Assembly: GCA_964453345.1 (NCBI GenBank)
Contig: CAYVOC010000023.1
Location: forward strand, 1 to 21,812
From: an uncultured Aquificales bacterium
GTDB lineage: Bacteria; Thermosulfidibacterota; Thermosulfidibacteria; Thermosulfidibacterales; Thermosulfidibacteraceae
DNA: 21,812 bases
Direction of reading: 5' to 3'
In this document: positions 1 through 9,046 of the stretch, one piece after another
How the letters are laid out: every line of letters starts with the position of its first letter
Numbering within the stretch: the stretch's first letter is position 1
Made by a program: the position numbers and the translations under genes
The notes under the pieces: generated by a model
What the model saw: only the letters and a program-made list of their open reading frames with translations
Told to the model about the DNA's origin: nothing
The model's database searches: none

Positions 1-21
1 GCCGGCCCGCAGGGGGCCGGC
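1..21 (-). terminator. GC-rich hairpin, probable intrinsic terminator of the CoA-transferase operon
   Basis: Perfect 8-bp stem GCCGGCCC (1-8) / GGGCCGGC (14-21) with a 5-nt loop, 21 nt downstream of the last operon stop codon (43). The U-tract would lie just outside the window and cannot be verified. Confidence 0.6.
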
Positions 22-42
22 AGATAAAACCACCACAAAAAC

Positions 43-576
43 TTACGGCGGGACATAGTCGATGTGGAAGTCAAGTTTCATCTTATCATCAGGCCACCAC
101 TTGCGCTGCTTCATCTCTCCAGGATAGACCTCTATCTCCTCATAGACGGGCACCTTCTTGATTTCCTTCACAGCCTCCATGCGCTCTATGTCCTCCTGGG
201 TGAGGGCTTCAGCGGAATGATCCACCGTCTCTTCCTTGTAACCCTTGAGTCTTTTGATCTTCTGAATCTCAAACTCGATGAAATGGAACTCTGTAAGCTT
301 GAACTTTACTATTGCTGACCCAGGAACCACCACCGCATACCCCGACTCCTTGGCCGTGGGCCACTCAACGTAAAGGTTGGGTTCATCGGTCTTCTCGCCG
401 TTGTAGTTATACACTGCAAGGAGCTTACCGCAGACAACATCGCCCGGCTTCACCTGATATTCCTCGTATAGCTCCTTCGGCAGATACCACCAGAGGGCCC
501 TGAAGCCCGTCTTCACGTATCCTCTAACCAGCATGGGGTCAAATCCACACAAAATCACTCTGCACCTTTCAGGCAT
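43..576 (-). CDS. Hypothetical protein (177 aa), possible tandem AbrB/MraZ-like cradle-loop barrel
   Basis: Start moved from 645 to the ATG at 576 (MPERCRV...), which has GGAGG upstream and lies 2 nt after the previous stop. LPKELYEEYQVKPGDVV resembles the AbrB-type IPKxxRxxLGIKPGDxV motif; weaker second copy VVVPGSAIVKFKLTEFHFIEFEI. Confidence 0.75.
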   Translation of the reverse strand: MPERCRVILCGFDPMLVRGYVKTGFRALWWYLPKELYEEYQVKPGDVVCGKLLAVYNYNGEKTDEPNLYVEWPTAKESGYAVVVPGSAIVKFKLTEFHFIEFEIQKIKRLKGYKEETVDHSAEALTQEDIERMEAVKEIKKVPVYEEIEVYPGEMKQRKWWPDDKMKLDFHIDYVPP

Positions 577-578
577 CT

Positions 579-920
579 CTAACCTCCCGAAGATTCTTCT
601 ATTTTTCTTATGTAGTCCCCCAGCTCCTCCACCTGCTGCGCACAAAAGTTCATAAACTCGTCATACTCTTCATGGGTGATGAATCCACACATCACCATTC
701 TCCAGATGTAGGGGGAGGCGAACTCCCTCACGTCCATCCACAGCTCTTCACAGAGGAACTCGCCTCCCCCGAGCTCATTCGCCTGCCGCATGTAGGATTT
801 TTTCCATTCAACAATCATCATCTTTACATCCGCCAGCTCCTTCAGCACCCGCTCCTTAGGAATCTGGGGGACTTTGCCCAGCACAAAGGCCGGTTCCCTA
901 CTTCTTGGATTCATAGGCAT
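579..920 (-). CDS. Hypothetical acidic, predicted helical protein (113 aa)
   Basis: AAGGAG 5 nt before the ATG at 920; overlaps the upstream gene by 23 nt; fills the operon gap exactly. No family recognised. Confidence 0.7.
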   Translation of the reverse strand: MPMNPRSREPAFVLGKVPQIPKERVLKELADVKMMIVEWKKSYMRQANELGGGEFLCEELWMDVREFASPYIWRMVMCGFITHEEYDEFMNFCAQQVEELGDYIRKIEESSGG

Positions 921-1134
921 AACACTCCTTTATCACGTATTTTTCGGGAACCACCCAGTAGAAGGGCCAGTGTATCTTCTTGCAGTAGCCTATAATATCC
1001 GCCGGGGGAAAGCTTGAACCCTTAAGCACGGGTTTGAAGTATTTGCACCCCCAGCATATGTGATCGGTTTTCTTCTCAGGCTCAAGTATTGAATCCAAAA
1101 ACTCAACCGGTGTCATTTCTCTCTTATCTACCAT
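898..1134 (-). CDS. Small 4-Cys protein (78 aa), putative [4Fe-4S]/metal-binding, BssC-like spacing
   Basis: GGGAGG RBS; C-x2-C-x20-C-x19-C with CWGCKYF...GYC...FYW...CYAY pattern. Confidence 0.7.
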   Translation of the reverse strand: MVDKREMTPVEFLDSILEPEKKTDHICWGCKYFKPVLKGSSFPPADIIGYCKKIHWPFYWVVPEKYVIKECYAYESKK

Positions 1135-1145
1135 CTCATCCCTCC

Positions 1146-1613
1146 CTACCAGTCCTTAACCTCTCCTTTTTTCTTCTTCTCAAGGAACTCCTGCCAGACC
1201 TCAGGGGACAGCTTCTCTATGTCCCACTTGAATCCGTGAGAGCCGGCGATACCGGCAGAGGGCGGCTGAGGCGCCCATGCCCTCATAGGGTATCCACGGA
1301 TGCTGAACTTCCTGTGATCGGCCCTGCCCAAATAGATCTCCCTGGGCAGACAGTTGTAGGGCCTGGTTTTTCCGGGAGTGCCCGGAAGTATCTTCTCATA
1401 CCCCTGGTTTGGCTTGTCCGCATAAAGGGGCAGTATATCAGGCTCCTCCCCGGGTCTCTCCTCGGGTCCCCTATACATGTGCCCCTGGATCATGTGTATG
1501 TAGTAAACCGTGCCGCATCCGGCACACTTTATCTTCCCCTCCCAGTTCCAGAAGTTGAAGGGATCAAGGTAATTAACGGTATCGCACTTTTTGCACCAGA
1601 TGATATCACACAT
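1146..1613 (-). CDS. Zn-ribbon-like protein (155 aa) with a Pro/Gly-rich C-terminal region
   Basis: Perfect TAAGGAGGT SD overlapping the upstream stop; N-terminal CKKC...CAGC (C-x2-C-x19-C-x2-C). Confidence 0.8.
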   Translation of the reverse strand: MCDIIWCKKCDTVNYLDPFNFWNWEGKIKCAGCGTVYYIHMIQGHMYRGPEERPGEEPDILPLYADKPNQGYEKILPGTPGKTRPYNCLPREIYLGRADHRKFSIRGYPMRAWAPQPPSAGIAGSHGFKWDIEKLSPEVWQEFLEKKKKGEVKDW

Positions 1614-1626
1614 CTTTCACACCTCC

Positions 1627-3039
1627 TTAAATGAGTCCCTTCTTATACCACTCTTCTATCTGGCTGATGGGGTATCCAAGCATCTCGTGGTATATCTTCA
1701 CATTGTCGGCTCCCACGGGCCTGAAGTCCCAGTATTTACGTCTGGGCGTTTTGGAAAGCAGACCGCAGGAATAGGTGGACTGAACCAGCTGATCACCGAA
1801 GATGGGATCGAACTGCCACCTTATTGTTCCCCTCTCCCTGTAATGGGGGCTTTCATAGACCTCCTTGTCGTTGTAAACGGGCATGGCAAGCAATCCAGCC
1901 TCGGTCAGTATCTTTACAACCTCGGATCTGGACTTGTCCGCCGCCCACTTCTCAAGGGCATCGTAGATCTCAACCTGAGCCTCGGCCTCAACCCTGTCCT
2001 TAAACTTCTGATACTTCTTCCAGAGATCCTCCCTCTTTATCACCTTGCACAGCTCTTTGAAGTCGTCATCCTGGAAGGCGCTCACCATAACATACCTTGC
2101 CTCGTCCCTGAGCTGGGGATTCTTTGCGTCGGGATAGTCGGATTTACCGCAGATGATTATGCCATGGACACAGAGCTGGGTATCCCAGTTGCCCCAGCGC
2201 TGCCTGACAATTCCAAACCTACCGTAGAGGGGAACACCGTATCCGAGACACCTGGTCGCACACTGGACCTGGGAGAACTCTATCATGGTGCCAAGCCCGG
2301 TCTTGCGCCTCCAGTATAGGGCCGCCAAGATGGCAACGGTGATCATGGTTCCGGAATACCAGTCTATACACCAGTTGGTGTGCTTAACCGGGTGTCCCCC
2401 AAAGTCCTCGTGGAAACCGGTGACCGATGCAAGTCCAGCATGGGCCTGTCCAAGTATGTCATAGGAGCCACCGAACACCTTGGGACCGTATCCAAAACCA
2501 CCACCCCAAACGTAGATGAACCTGGGGTTTATCTCCTGCAAATACCTATAGGACTGTTTCCACCTGTCGAAGGTTCCGGGTCTGTAACACTCGGTGAGAC
2601 CATCGCTCATGCGCACGAGCCTGTAGAAGACCTCCTTCATCTCCTCCCTGTGGTAGTCCATGGTGATGAAATACTCGTTAACATTACAGTTGATACAGCC
2701 TATACCCTGTCCGGTCATGGGACGTTCATCGTGCAGGGGATAGTAGTAACACTCATTGAAGGGAGAGGTGTGCTTCATGGGATCGCCCATTCTGGGCATC
2801 TCAATCTTCACCACCTCAGCCCCGAGCTCCGCCAGGTTAGAAACAGCATGGGGAGTGAAAACATACATGGTGCAGCTCATCCACCTGACACCCTTCAGAG
2901 CCACGGGCTTCTCAAACTCGTTTCCGGGATCAAACACCTTCTTGCAATACTCCTCGAAGGGCACCTTGTTGGCGTCAAGCTCCTCTTTAGACTTGGGTCC
3001 GGGCTGCTCTTCAATTGGTATTCTTTCCTTCTCCAACAT
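1627..3039 (-). CDS. Family III CoA-transferase (CaiB/BaiF/Frc superfamily), paralog B
   Basis: ALKGVR...[12 protein letters not shown]...[32 protein letters not shown], catalytic-position Asp in [19 protein letters not shown] at 3039 overlaps the upstream TGA (TGATG); GTG at 3042 is an alternative start. Confidence 0.9.
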   Translation of the reverse strand: MLEKERIPIEEQPGPKSKEELDANKVPFEEYCKKVFDPGNEFEKPVALKGVRWMSCTMYVFTPHAVSNLAELGAEVVKIEMPRMGDPMKHTSPFNECYYYPLHDERPMTGQGIGCINCNVNEYFITMDYHREEMKEVFYRLVRMSDGLTECYRPGTFDRWKQSYRYLQEINPRFIYVWGGGFGYGPKVFGGSYDILGQAHAGLASVTGFHEDFGGHPVKHTNWCIDWYSGTMITVAILAALYWRRKTGLGTMIEFSQVQCATRCLGYGVPLYGRFGIVRQRWGNWDTQLCVHGIIICGKSDYPDAKNPQLRDEARYVMVSAFQDDDFKELCKVIKREDLWKKYQKFKDRVEAEAQVEIYDALEKWAADKSRSEVVKILTEAGLLAMPVYNDKEVYESPHYRERGTIRWQFDPIFGDQLVQSTYSCGLLSKTPRRKYWDFRPVGADNVKIYHEMLGYPISQIEEWYKKGLI

Positions 3040-4520
3040 CACACTACCCCCTTCTCTTTAAGTTCTCTAAGTTTGAGCTGATCTATTCCAAGATACTTCA
3101 TGAATATCTCCTCATTATCCTTGCCCAAGGGCCTTCCGAGCCACTTGACCCTTGCAGGCGTCCTCATCTGGAAGGAATTGGGGCTTGTGGCGTAGAGTAT
3201 GGTTCCATAGTGCTCATCCTCAATGGGATAAACCCAGGGTCTATACTTGAAGTGCGGGAACTCACAGGTCTCATCAATGTAGAGAAGCGGTCCAGCAGCG
3301 ATGTCATACTCAAGCAGCTTCTGCTCAGCCTCAATTCTGTTAACATTCCTCAGCCACCTGGTGGTGAGGGTGTAGGTTTTAACCAGGGCCTCAAGGGCGT
3401 TTCTCGCAGCCATCTCTTTGAGCTGGGGATCCTCGGTTATGAGCCTGCCGAACTCCGGATCGTCCCTTTCAATGCACATGCAGATCCTATACCAGAGCCT
3501 GTCGGTCTGACCTCCGATCATCATGTAGCCGTCCTTACAGGGGTTCCAGGCATACTGGTTGAGGTTGGGATCCCAGGATCCGGTTCTGGCCTTGATGGAG
3601 GCGTTGAAACCATACCAGGTGATGTCAAAGTCCAGAATGTCCAGCAAAGCCTCGGCAGCGGTCACCTCTATAAACTGCCCTTCACCGCTTATCTCATCCC
3701 TCCAGTAAAGGGCAGCCAAAGCGTTGACCGCAGCCTGCTCTCCAGCCACATAGTCGGCAAGCCACACACCCGATCTTGTGGGATCTCCACCCTTGCCCCT
3801 GGGCATCAGATCGGGCGGATAGCCGGTGTTGTGGACGAAGGAACAGGCACACTGCGCAAAGGGATCAAGCATCCACTGACCAAATTTTGAAACCCTGTCC
3901 TTCCAGGGTCCCCACTGACCAACCTGCCCTATCCAGACATAGATCAATTTGGGATTGAGCTGGGAAAGCTGCCTGTAGCCAATTCCCCTCTCATCGGTCC
4001 AGCCCGGAGGATACCCCTCGAAGATAATGTCAACGTTCTTGGCCAGCTTCTTGTAAAGCTCCCTTCCCTCCTCCGTCTCAAGATTCAGGGTTATGGAGTA
4101 TTTGTTCCTCATCTCGTGGATGAATTCCAAACCACATTTCTCTCCGGTGTAGCGATCCTCGACCATATACTCTTCCCTGCCGAAGGGGGTGAGCTTCCTC
4201 AGGGGATCTCCCTCTGGCGGTTCAACCTTGATAACTTCGGCGCCAAGCTCGGCCAAAAGGGATGCGGCAAACATGTGACTCAGACGCCACAACCCCACCT
4301 CAAGAACCCTGACCCCCTGAAGAGCTTCAGGCTTGCTCCAGGCCTTCTCAAACTTCAGATTCTCCTCACACCACTTGCCAAACTCCTCCGCCTTCCTCTT
4401 CGCATAGACCTTCATAACCTCCTCTTCGGAAGGCGGTGGCGTGATGGGCCAGGGGCGCTCCTCATACGAGGTGAGCTTCATGGCATCTTCACGACTTTTG
4501 ATCACTACCTCCTTAGCCAT
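3039..4520 (-). CDS. Family III CoA-transferase (CaiB/BaiF/Frc superfamily), paralog A
   Basis: ALQGVRVLE...[37 protein letters not shown], catalytic-position Asp in [22 protein letters not shown]. Start moved to the ATG at 4520 (MAKEVV), which has GGGAGG upstream. Confidence 0.93.
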   Translation of the reverse strand: MAKEVVIKSREDAMKLTSYEERPWPITPPPSEEEVMKVYAKRKAEEFGKWCEENLKFEKAWSKPEALQGVRVLEVGLWRLSHMFAASLLAELGAEVIKVEPPEGDPLRKLTPFGREEYMVEDRYTGEKCGLEFIHEMRNKYSITLNLETEEGRELYKKLAKNVDIIFEGYPPGWTDERGIGYRQLSQLNPKLIYVWIGQVGQWGPWKDRVSKFGQWMLDPFAQCACSFVHNTGYPPDLMPRGKGGDPTRSGVWLADYVAGEQAAVNALAALYWRDEISGEGQFIEVTAAEALLDILDFDITWYGFNASIKARTGSWDPNLNQYAWNPCKDGYMMIGGQTDRLWYRICMCIERDDPEFGRLITEDPQLKEMAARNALEALVKTYTLTTRWLRNVNRIEAEQKLLEYDIAAGPLLYIDETCEFPHFKYRPWVYPIEDEHYGTILYATSPNSFQMRTPARVKWLGRPLGKDNEEIFMKYLGIDQLKLRELKEKGVV

Positions 4521-4603
4521 CACAACCTCCCAAACCATATTTTGAGAATTACAAAACAACTAACAGATAATTACACAACCAACCCCAAGACCTTCTGTTT
4601 TGA

Positions 4604-4632
4604 GAGATAGCAAAACTAACCATGGTTGTCAA
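4604..4632 (-). promoter_or_regulatory. Putative sigma70 promoter of the CoA-transferase operon
   Basis: Minus strand TTGACA (4632-4627), 17 bp, TATCTC preceded by TG (extended -10); AT-rich tract upstream; AACCATGGTT palindrome (4618-4627) in the spacer. The -10 lacks the conserved final T. Confidence 0.5.
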
Positions 4633-4795
4633 GACTAAATAAAAAAGCTTGTCATTTTTCGTGAAAGCAGATCATAGTCTAAAATCATTATTATTCAATA
4701 CCTTATTCTGGGTCAGATTATACTAACATTATATTAATTCAAGTTAAGCAAGCGTTTTGAACAACTTAAGATAACGGTGTATCAACTATGCGGGG

Positions 4796-4824
4796 TTGAA
4801 GGGAAAACAGAGAAGGTGTAAGCT
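4796..4824 (+). promoter_or_regulatory. Putative sigma70 promoter of the GNAT gene
   Basis: TTGAAG (4796-4801), 17 bp, TAAGCT (4819-4824), 21 nt upstream of the ATG. Confidence 0.45.
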
Positions 4825-4845
4825 TTTAACCAAAGGGGGGAAGCG

Positions 4846-5406
4846 ATGACCATAGAGGAAGTTCTATCAGGGTTTCCTAAAAGGATCACCCTTAAAAATG
4901 GGAAAAGGGCACTTATAAAGCCTCTTGAGAGATCAGATTATGAAGGACTCCTCAACTTCTTCCTGAGGGATGTGAAGGAGGAAGACGTTGTCTTTCTCAA
5001 GGACAACGTCAAGGACCCCAGCACCATAAGGGCGTGGTGCGAGAACATAAACTACGAGAGGGTCTTTCCCATAGTGGCAGTCGTTGACAACACCATCGTG
5101 GGCAATGCTTCTCTACACATGCGGGACTTTGGCTGGGCAAGATACCTCGGCAAGATAAGGGTCACGGTTTCGGTAAACTTCAGAAAAATGGGACTGGGGA
5201 AGGCCATGGTGAAGACCCTTGAAGAGGTGGCAACGGGCCTTTTGCTGGAAAGGTTATGGGCGGAGGTGGTTGAAGGAGCACAGGCAGCTGGAGCAAAACT
5301 ATTTCTGGATTTGGGGTATCAGAAAGCTGGGACCCTGAAAAGCATTGTCAAGGCCCCTGACGGTGCCCTTTACGATCTCGGCATATACATCAAGAGGATT
5401 GCTTAA
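4846..5406 (+). CDS. GNAT-family N-acetyltransferase, Pat-like stand-alone domain
   Basis: [15 protein letters not shown]...L..FF N-terminus typical of Pat-type GNAT domains; acetyl-CoA motif FRKMGLG; purine-rich RBS. Confidence 0.88.
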   Translation: MTIEEVLSGFPKRITLKNGKRALIKPLERSDYEGLLNFFLRDVKEEDVVFLKDNVKDPSTIRAWCENINYERVFPIVAVVDNTIVGNASLHMRDFGWARYLGKIRVTVSVNFRKMGLGKAMVKTLEEVATGLLLERLWAEVVEGAQAAGAKLFLDLGYQKAGTLKSIVKAPDGALYDLGIYIKRIA

Positions 5407-5590
5407 ACCGCCTCTCCCAATCGCCCAGCGGTATAGCCTCCTCGACCAGCATCACCGGGATCCCCTCTTTAACCGGATAGACGAGCTGGCAGGATCTGCA
5501 TATAAAGGATTCGGGATCCCTGATATATTCAAGCTCCCCCTTGCACTTAGGACAGACCAGTATTTTTATCAACTCCTCAGAGACCGGCAT
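5390..5590 (-). CDS. Trm112-like (YcaR/UPF0434) small Zn-binding protein
   Basis: [14 protein letters not shown]...[21 protein letters not shown] family signature. Confidence 0.92.
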   Translation of the reverse strand: MPVSEELIKILVCPKCKGELEYIRDPESFICRSCQLVYPVKEGIPVMLVEEAIPLGDWERRFKQSS

Positions 5591-6515
5591 CCTCTCCCCC
5601 CACGACCCTGGTTCCCAGCTCCAAACTCCTATACTGTTTATAAACGACGCAGGAGCTGGTTCTTTTCTCCGCCTTCACCACCACAAGCTCCGCAACCCTG
5701 TGGTTCCAATCGGAAACCACGGCATAAACCAGATTGCCCTCCCTGAGCCCGGCATCCCTGCCGGCATCTATCACAACCACATCTCCAAGACTCGCCATAT
5801 TTTTGCCACTCTCAAGAACAACCACCCTCGCCCTCAAACTTCCCTGAAAGGGAAGGATTTTATATATCGGCTGCGGCTGCACAAATTTGGTAACATAGTA
5901 GCCTGAGAGTATGGACTCCGAAGTCCTCAAAACCTTAGCAAGAGCAGTATCCCCCTTTATCTTCACAACCCTTACCAATCCCACGTTCTCCACGTAGTAT
6001 CCCAGCAGCCTGTGGTCAAAGGGATCTTTGTATTCCGGCTCCACAACGTTAAATACCAGAAGAACATCACCCTCCCTTACACCGCTGCGGCGCAACCTGA
6101 TATTCAGAAGATCTCCGGTGCTGTAGATGGTCTTTTCGGGATCAAAGGCCTCCTCCGAAACCATCCCATACACCTCGGGCAAATTCTCAACCACACAGGG
6201 AATGAACACCTGCTTTTCCAGGCTGAAGATGGGCTTTTTAACCCTCTTTTCTTCTATCCACCCTCCCCGGGCCTTTATGCTCGCCCTTATCTCCTCCATG
6301 GAGGGGACTATCAAAGTCTGCCCCGGATATATCCAGTGGGGATTTTTAACCTGAGAAGCGTTCTTCTCCCATATGAACTGCCAGAAGGCGGCGTTGCCGT
6401 AAAACTTCTCCGCTATATTCCAGAGGGTGTCACCCTCTTTCACCACGTATTTCGTGGCAGCCCCCGCGGATCCGGCAAACACCAAGATCAGGACAAGTGC
6501 CCTAAATAGCTTCAT
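5577..6515 (-). CDS. Secreted LysM peptidoglycan-binding protein, TsaP-like architecture
   Basis: Signal peptide [19 protein letters not shown]; Lys[19 protein letters not shown]...[17 protein letters not shown]; beta-rich C-terminal region. Confidence 0.85.
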   Translation of the reverse strand: MKLFRALVLILVFAGSAGAATKYVVKEGDTLWNIAEKFYGNAAFWQFIWEKNASQVKNPHWIYPGQTLIVPSMEEIRASIKARGGWIEEKRVKKPIFSLEKQVFIPCVVENLPEVYGMVSEEAFDPEKTIYSTGDLLNIRLRRSGVREGDVLLVFNVVEPEYKDPFDHRLLGYYVENVGLVRVVKIKGDTALAKVLRTSESILSGYYVTKFVQPQPIYKILPFQGSLRARVVVLESGKNMASLGDVVVIDAGRDAGLREGNLVYAVVSDWNHRVAELVVVKAEKRTSSCVVYKQYRSLELGTRVVGGEDAGL

Positions 6516-6525
6516 AATACCCCTC

Positions 6526-7065
6526 TCAATGTGAGCACTTTTTTATTATCTTACGCAAACCGCATCCCAACTTCAAAGATTTGTAGTAGGCACTGCACAC
6601 AAAGGGAGAATCGCTGTATCTATTGATGAAGTCCTTTAGAATCCTGCAGGCGGCCCTCTTCTTACCCACCCTATAATAGGAATCTGCCAGAAGAAGCCTT
6701 GCCTGCTGAACCAAAAACTTATCCCTGTATCTGGCTATAAAGACGGAAAAGGCCTTTATGGCCTGCCTGTAGTCGCCCCTATACCAGAGCATGTAGGCTT
6801 TGGTGTAAGCCTGCCCAACCTCAGACTTGAAGGTTAAATCAAGCCTCCTTCTTTGAAATTTCTCAAGCCTCTTGACAGCCTGATCCACAAGATTCCACCT
6901 GCTCAGGGCCTCATCCAGCATCTCCTCTATAAGTTTCTGTCTTTCCTGAACCACCTCAAGTCTTTTTTCACAGGCATCCAGCCTCCTTTCCAGAGGGGCA
7001 ACCCTATCGGTCTGGGTCGCACAGCCAAAGGCAAGAACCATTAGAACCAAAAGGAGCCGTCTCAT
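6526..7065 (-). CDS. Lipoprotein with coiled coil and TPR, CpoB/YbgF-like
   Basis: Lipobox LAFGC, heptad-like segment, TPR-like AY..AY....GDY.QAI.AF..F...Y and A.L.LADSYY..G...AA; ATGA overlap with proS. Confidence 0.7.
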   Translation of the reverse strand: MRRLLLVLMVLAFGCATQTDRVAPLERRLDACEKRLEVVQERQKLIEEMLDEALSRWNLVDQAVKRLEKFQRRRLDLTFKSEVGQAYTKAYMLWYRGDYRQAIKAFSVFIARYRDKFLVQQARLLLADSYYRVGKKRAACRILKDFINRYSDSPFVCSAYYKSLKLGCGLRKIIKKCSH

Positions 7066-8792
7066 GGTTCAAAGGCCCTATACAGATCACTTCTCAATCT
7101 GCAAACCCTATCAACAACCTCATCAACGGCAACCACCTCCACCTCTCCCGTATCCCTGAGCTTGATCTCAACCTGGTTCGCCTTCGCCCTTCTCTCCCCC
7201 ACCGTCACCCTGATGGGTATCCCTATCAAATCCGCATCCTTAAACTTCACCCCGGCCCTCTCATCCCTGTCGTCGTAGAGGACCTCAACTCCACAATCCA
7301 GCAACTTGCCATACAGCTGCTCGGATATCTCCCTGACCCTTTCGTCCTTCATGTTGGTGGCAAGCAGATAAACCTCAAAGGGGGCAATGGTTATGGGCCA
7401 CTTTATTCCGTGCTCATCGTGCCTCTGCTCGATAACCGCAGCAGCGATTCTGGTTACCCCTATGCCATAGCATCCCATAATGAAGGGCCTTTCCCTGCCC
7501 TGTTCGTCGAGGAAGGTGGCGTTCATGGCCTCGCTGTATTTTGTGCCAAGCTTGAAGATGTGCCCCACCTCAATGCCCCTGGAAAAGACAAGGGGCCTGC
7601 CACAGTTGGGACACCTGTCCCCCTCCTCAGCGAAGACTATGTCGGCGTATTTATCGACCCTGAAGTGAACGCCGGGGGTTATGTTCACTATGTGGTAATC
7701 ATCCTCATTGGCTCCGGAAGCCAGATTCACCCTGCCCTCAACGGTCCTGTCCGCTATTATCTCCACGGGCTTTTTCAAGTTGCACGGGCCAACGAATCCC
7801 ACAGAGGCCCCGGCCACATCCATCACCTCATCAAACTCGGCCATCTGGATGGAGGAAGCACCTGCGGCCCTGGCCGCCTTGGCCTCGTTCAGCTCCCTAT
7901 CGCCCGGTAGCAGAAACAGAACAAACCTTCCATCGTCGGTCTTATAAACGAGGGATTTCAAGAGTCTTGAAGGCTCTATGTTCAAAAAGGCGCTGACCTC
8001 CTCTATGGTCCTCACATTGGGGGTGTGGACCTTCTCAGGCTCCTTCACCTGCTCGGAGGGAGGCTCGGGCTCCCACATGAAGGAGGCGCGCTCCCTGTTT
8101 GCCGCATACCCGCACCCTTCACAGAAAACGATTATATCCTCGCCGTTCTCAGCCCAGACCATAAACTCGTGGGAGACATCCCCTCCTATGGCACCGGTCT
8201 CCGCCTCCACCACCACAAAATCCAGTCCGCAGCGCTTAAATATCCTGCAGTAGGCCTCATACATCTTCCGATAAGAGACCTCCAAGTCCTCCCAGCTTTT
8301 ATCAAAGGAGTAGGCGTCCTTCATGATAAACTCCCTGGCCCTTATGAGACCGAAGCGGGGCCTTGCCTCATCCCTGAACTTTATGTGTATCTGGTATAGG
8401 TTCAGGGGAAGCTGCCTGTAGGAACGCACCTCCCCCCTGACAAGGTCAACTATAACCTCCTCGTGGGTGGGGCCAAGGCAAAAGTCCCTCTGATGCCTGT
8501 CCTTAAACCTGAGCAGCTCCTTGCCAAAGACGTCCCAGCGCCCCGACTCCTGCCACAGCTCGGCCGGTTGAACCACAGGCAGAAAAACCTCAAGGGCACC
8601 GGCCCTGTCCATCTCCTCGCGCACAATACCTATTATCTTTTTCACCACCCTCCATCCGGCGGGCAGAAAGGAGTAGATGCCGGCTGCAAGCTTCCTCACC
8701 AGACCGGCCCTCAGCATATACTGATGGCTTGGGATCTCCGCCTCCGCGGGCTTCTCCTTGAGGGTGGGAATATAGTAGCGGCTCATCCTCAT
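7062..8792 (-). CDS. proS: Proline--tRNA ligase, bacterial type with INS editing domain
   Basis: [82 protein letters not shown]. Confidence 0.99.
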   Translation of the reverse strand: MRMSRYYIPTLKEKPAEAEIPSHQYMLRAGLVRKLAAGIYSFLPAGWRVVKKIIGIVREEMDRAGALEVFLPVVQPAELWQESGRWDVFGKELLRFKDRHQRDFCLGPTHEEVIVDLVRGEVRSYRQLPLNLYQIHIKFRDEARPRFGLIRAREFIMKDAYSFDKSWEDLEVSYRKMYEAYCRIFKRCGLDFVVVEAETGAIGGDVSHEFMVWAENGEDIIVFCEGCGYAANRERASFMWEPEPPSEQVKEPEKVHTPNVRTIEEVSAFLNIEPSRLLKSLVYKTDDGRFVLFLLPGDRELNEAKAARAAGASSIQMAEFDEVMDVAGASVGFVGPCNLKKPVEIIADRTVEGRVNLASGANEDDYHIVNITPGVHFRVDKYADIVFAEEGDRCPNCGRPLVFSRGIEVGHIFKLGTKYSEAMNATFLDEQGRERPFIMGCYGIGVTRIAAAVIEQRHDEHGIKWPITIAPFEVYLLATNMKDERVREISEQLYGKLLDCGVEVLYDDRDERAGVKFKDADLIGIPIRVTVGERRAKANQVEIKLRDTGEVEVVAVDEVVDRVCRLRSDLYRAFEP

Positions 8793-8803
8793 GGCCTACC
8801 TCC

Positions 8804-9046
8804 CTACAATCCCTCGTCAAGATCCCCGAAATCCCTCATATCCATCTCTTCCGCCGTATACATGGCCTCAAGTGCCCTGTTGATGAGATCCCCCAGGGCC
8901 CTGAGCTTCTCAACCCTGTCCATCACCTCGTCAAGATTCTCGGGCACGCCCTGTTTAATAAGATACTTGCAGGCATTCACCACATATATGAGGGATAGTT
9001 CGGAATACATGTTGAGGGTCTCCTTCAAAAGGTCGCTTCCCGGCAT
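8804..9046 (-). CDS. Hypothetical helical protein (80 aa) with an acidic C-terminus
   Basis: AGGAGG 5 nt before the ATG at 9046, which overlaps the mutL TGA; fills the mutL-proS gap. Confidence 0.65.
   Translation of the reverse strand: MPGSDLLKETLNMYSELSLIYVVNACKYLIKQGVPENLDEVMDRVEKLRALGDLINRALEAMYTAEEMDMRDFGDLDEGL

Noticed and set aside
577-645. ORF-track start at 645 (MCAAGGG...)
   Set aside because: Overlaps the upstream gene by 67 nt; the ATG at 576 has a proper GGAGG.
3037-3042. Selenocysteine readthrough or frameshift fusing the two transferases (DddD-like)
   Set aside because: Paralog A ends with a normal family C-terminus (LKEKGVV) and the TGATG overlap is ordinary translational coupling; no slippery site or SECIS seen.
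898-4520. Calling the operon bbsEF/bss (anaerobic toluene degradation) or frc
   Set aside because: No glycyl-radical enzyme, activase, other bbs genes or oxalyl-CoA decarboxylase in the window; motifs are too divergent to assign a substrate.
4521-4559. ORF-track extended start for CoA-transferase A (likewise 15184-15213 for the binding protein)
   Set aside because: Downstream ATGs at 4520 and 15183 have GGGAGG sites; the latter also gives a clean signal peptide.
1089-4610. Long plus-strand ORFs (181, 242, 233, 291, 164 aa) opposite the CoA-transferase operon
   Set aside because: Antisense shadows of well-supported genes; no family motifs or convincing RBS.
5390-5406. Convergent 3' overlaps (GNAT/Trm112, 17 nt; thiDN/ubiB at 16603-16620, 18 nt) as antisense regulation
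   Set aside because: Short tail-to-tail overlaps are common in compact genomes; nothing else supports regulation.
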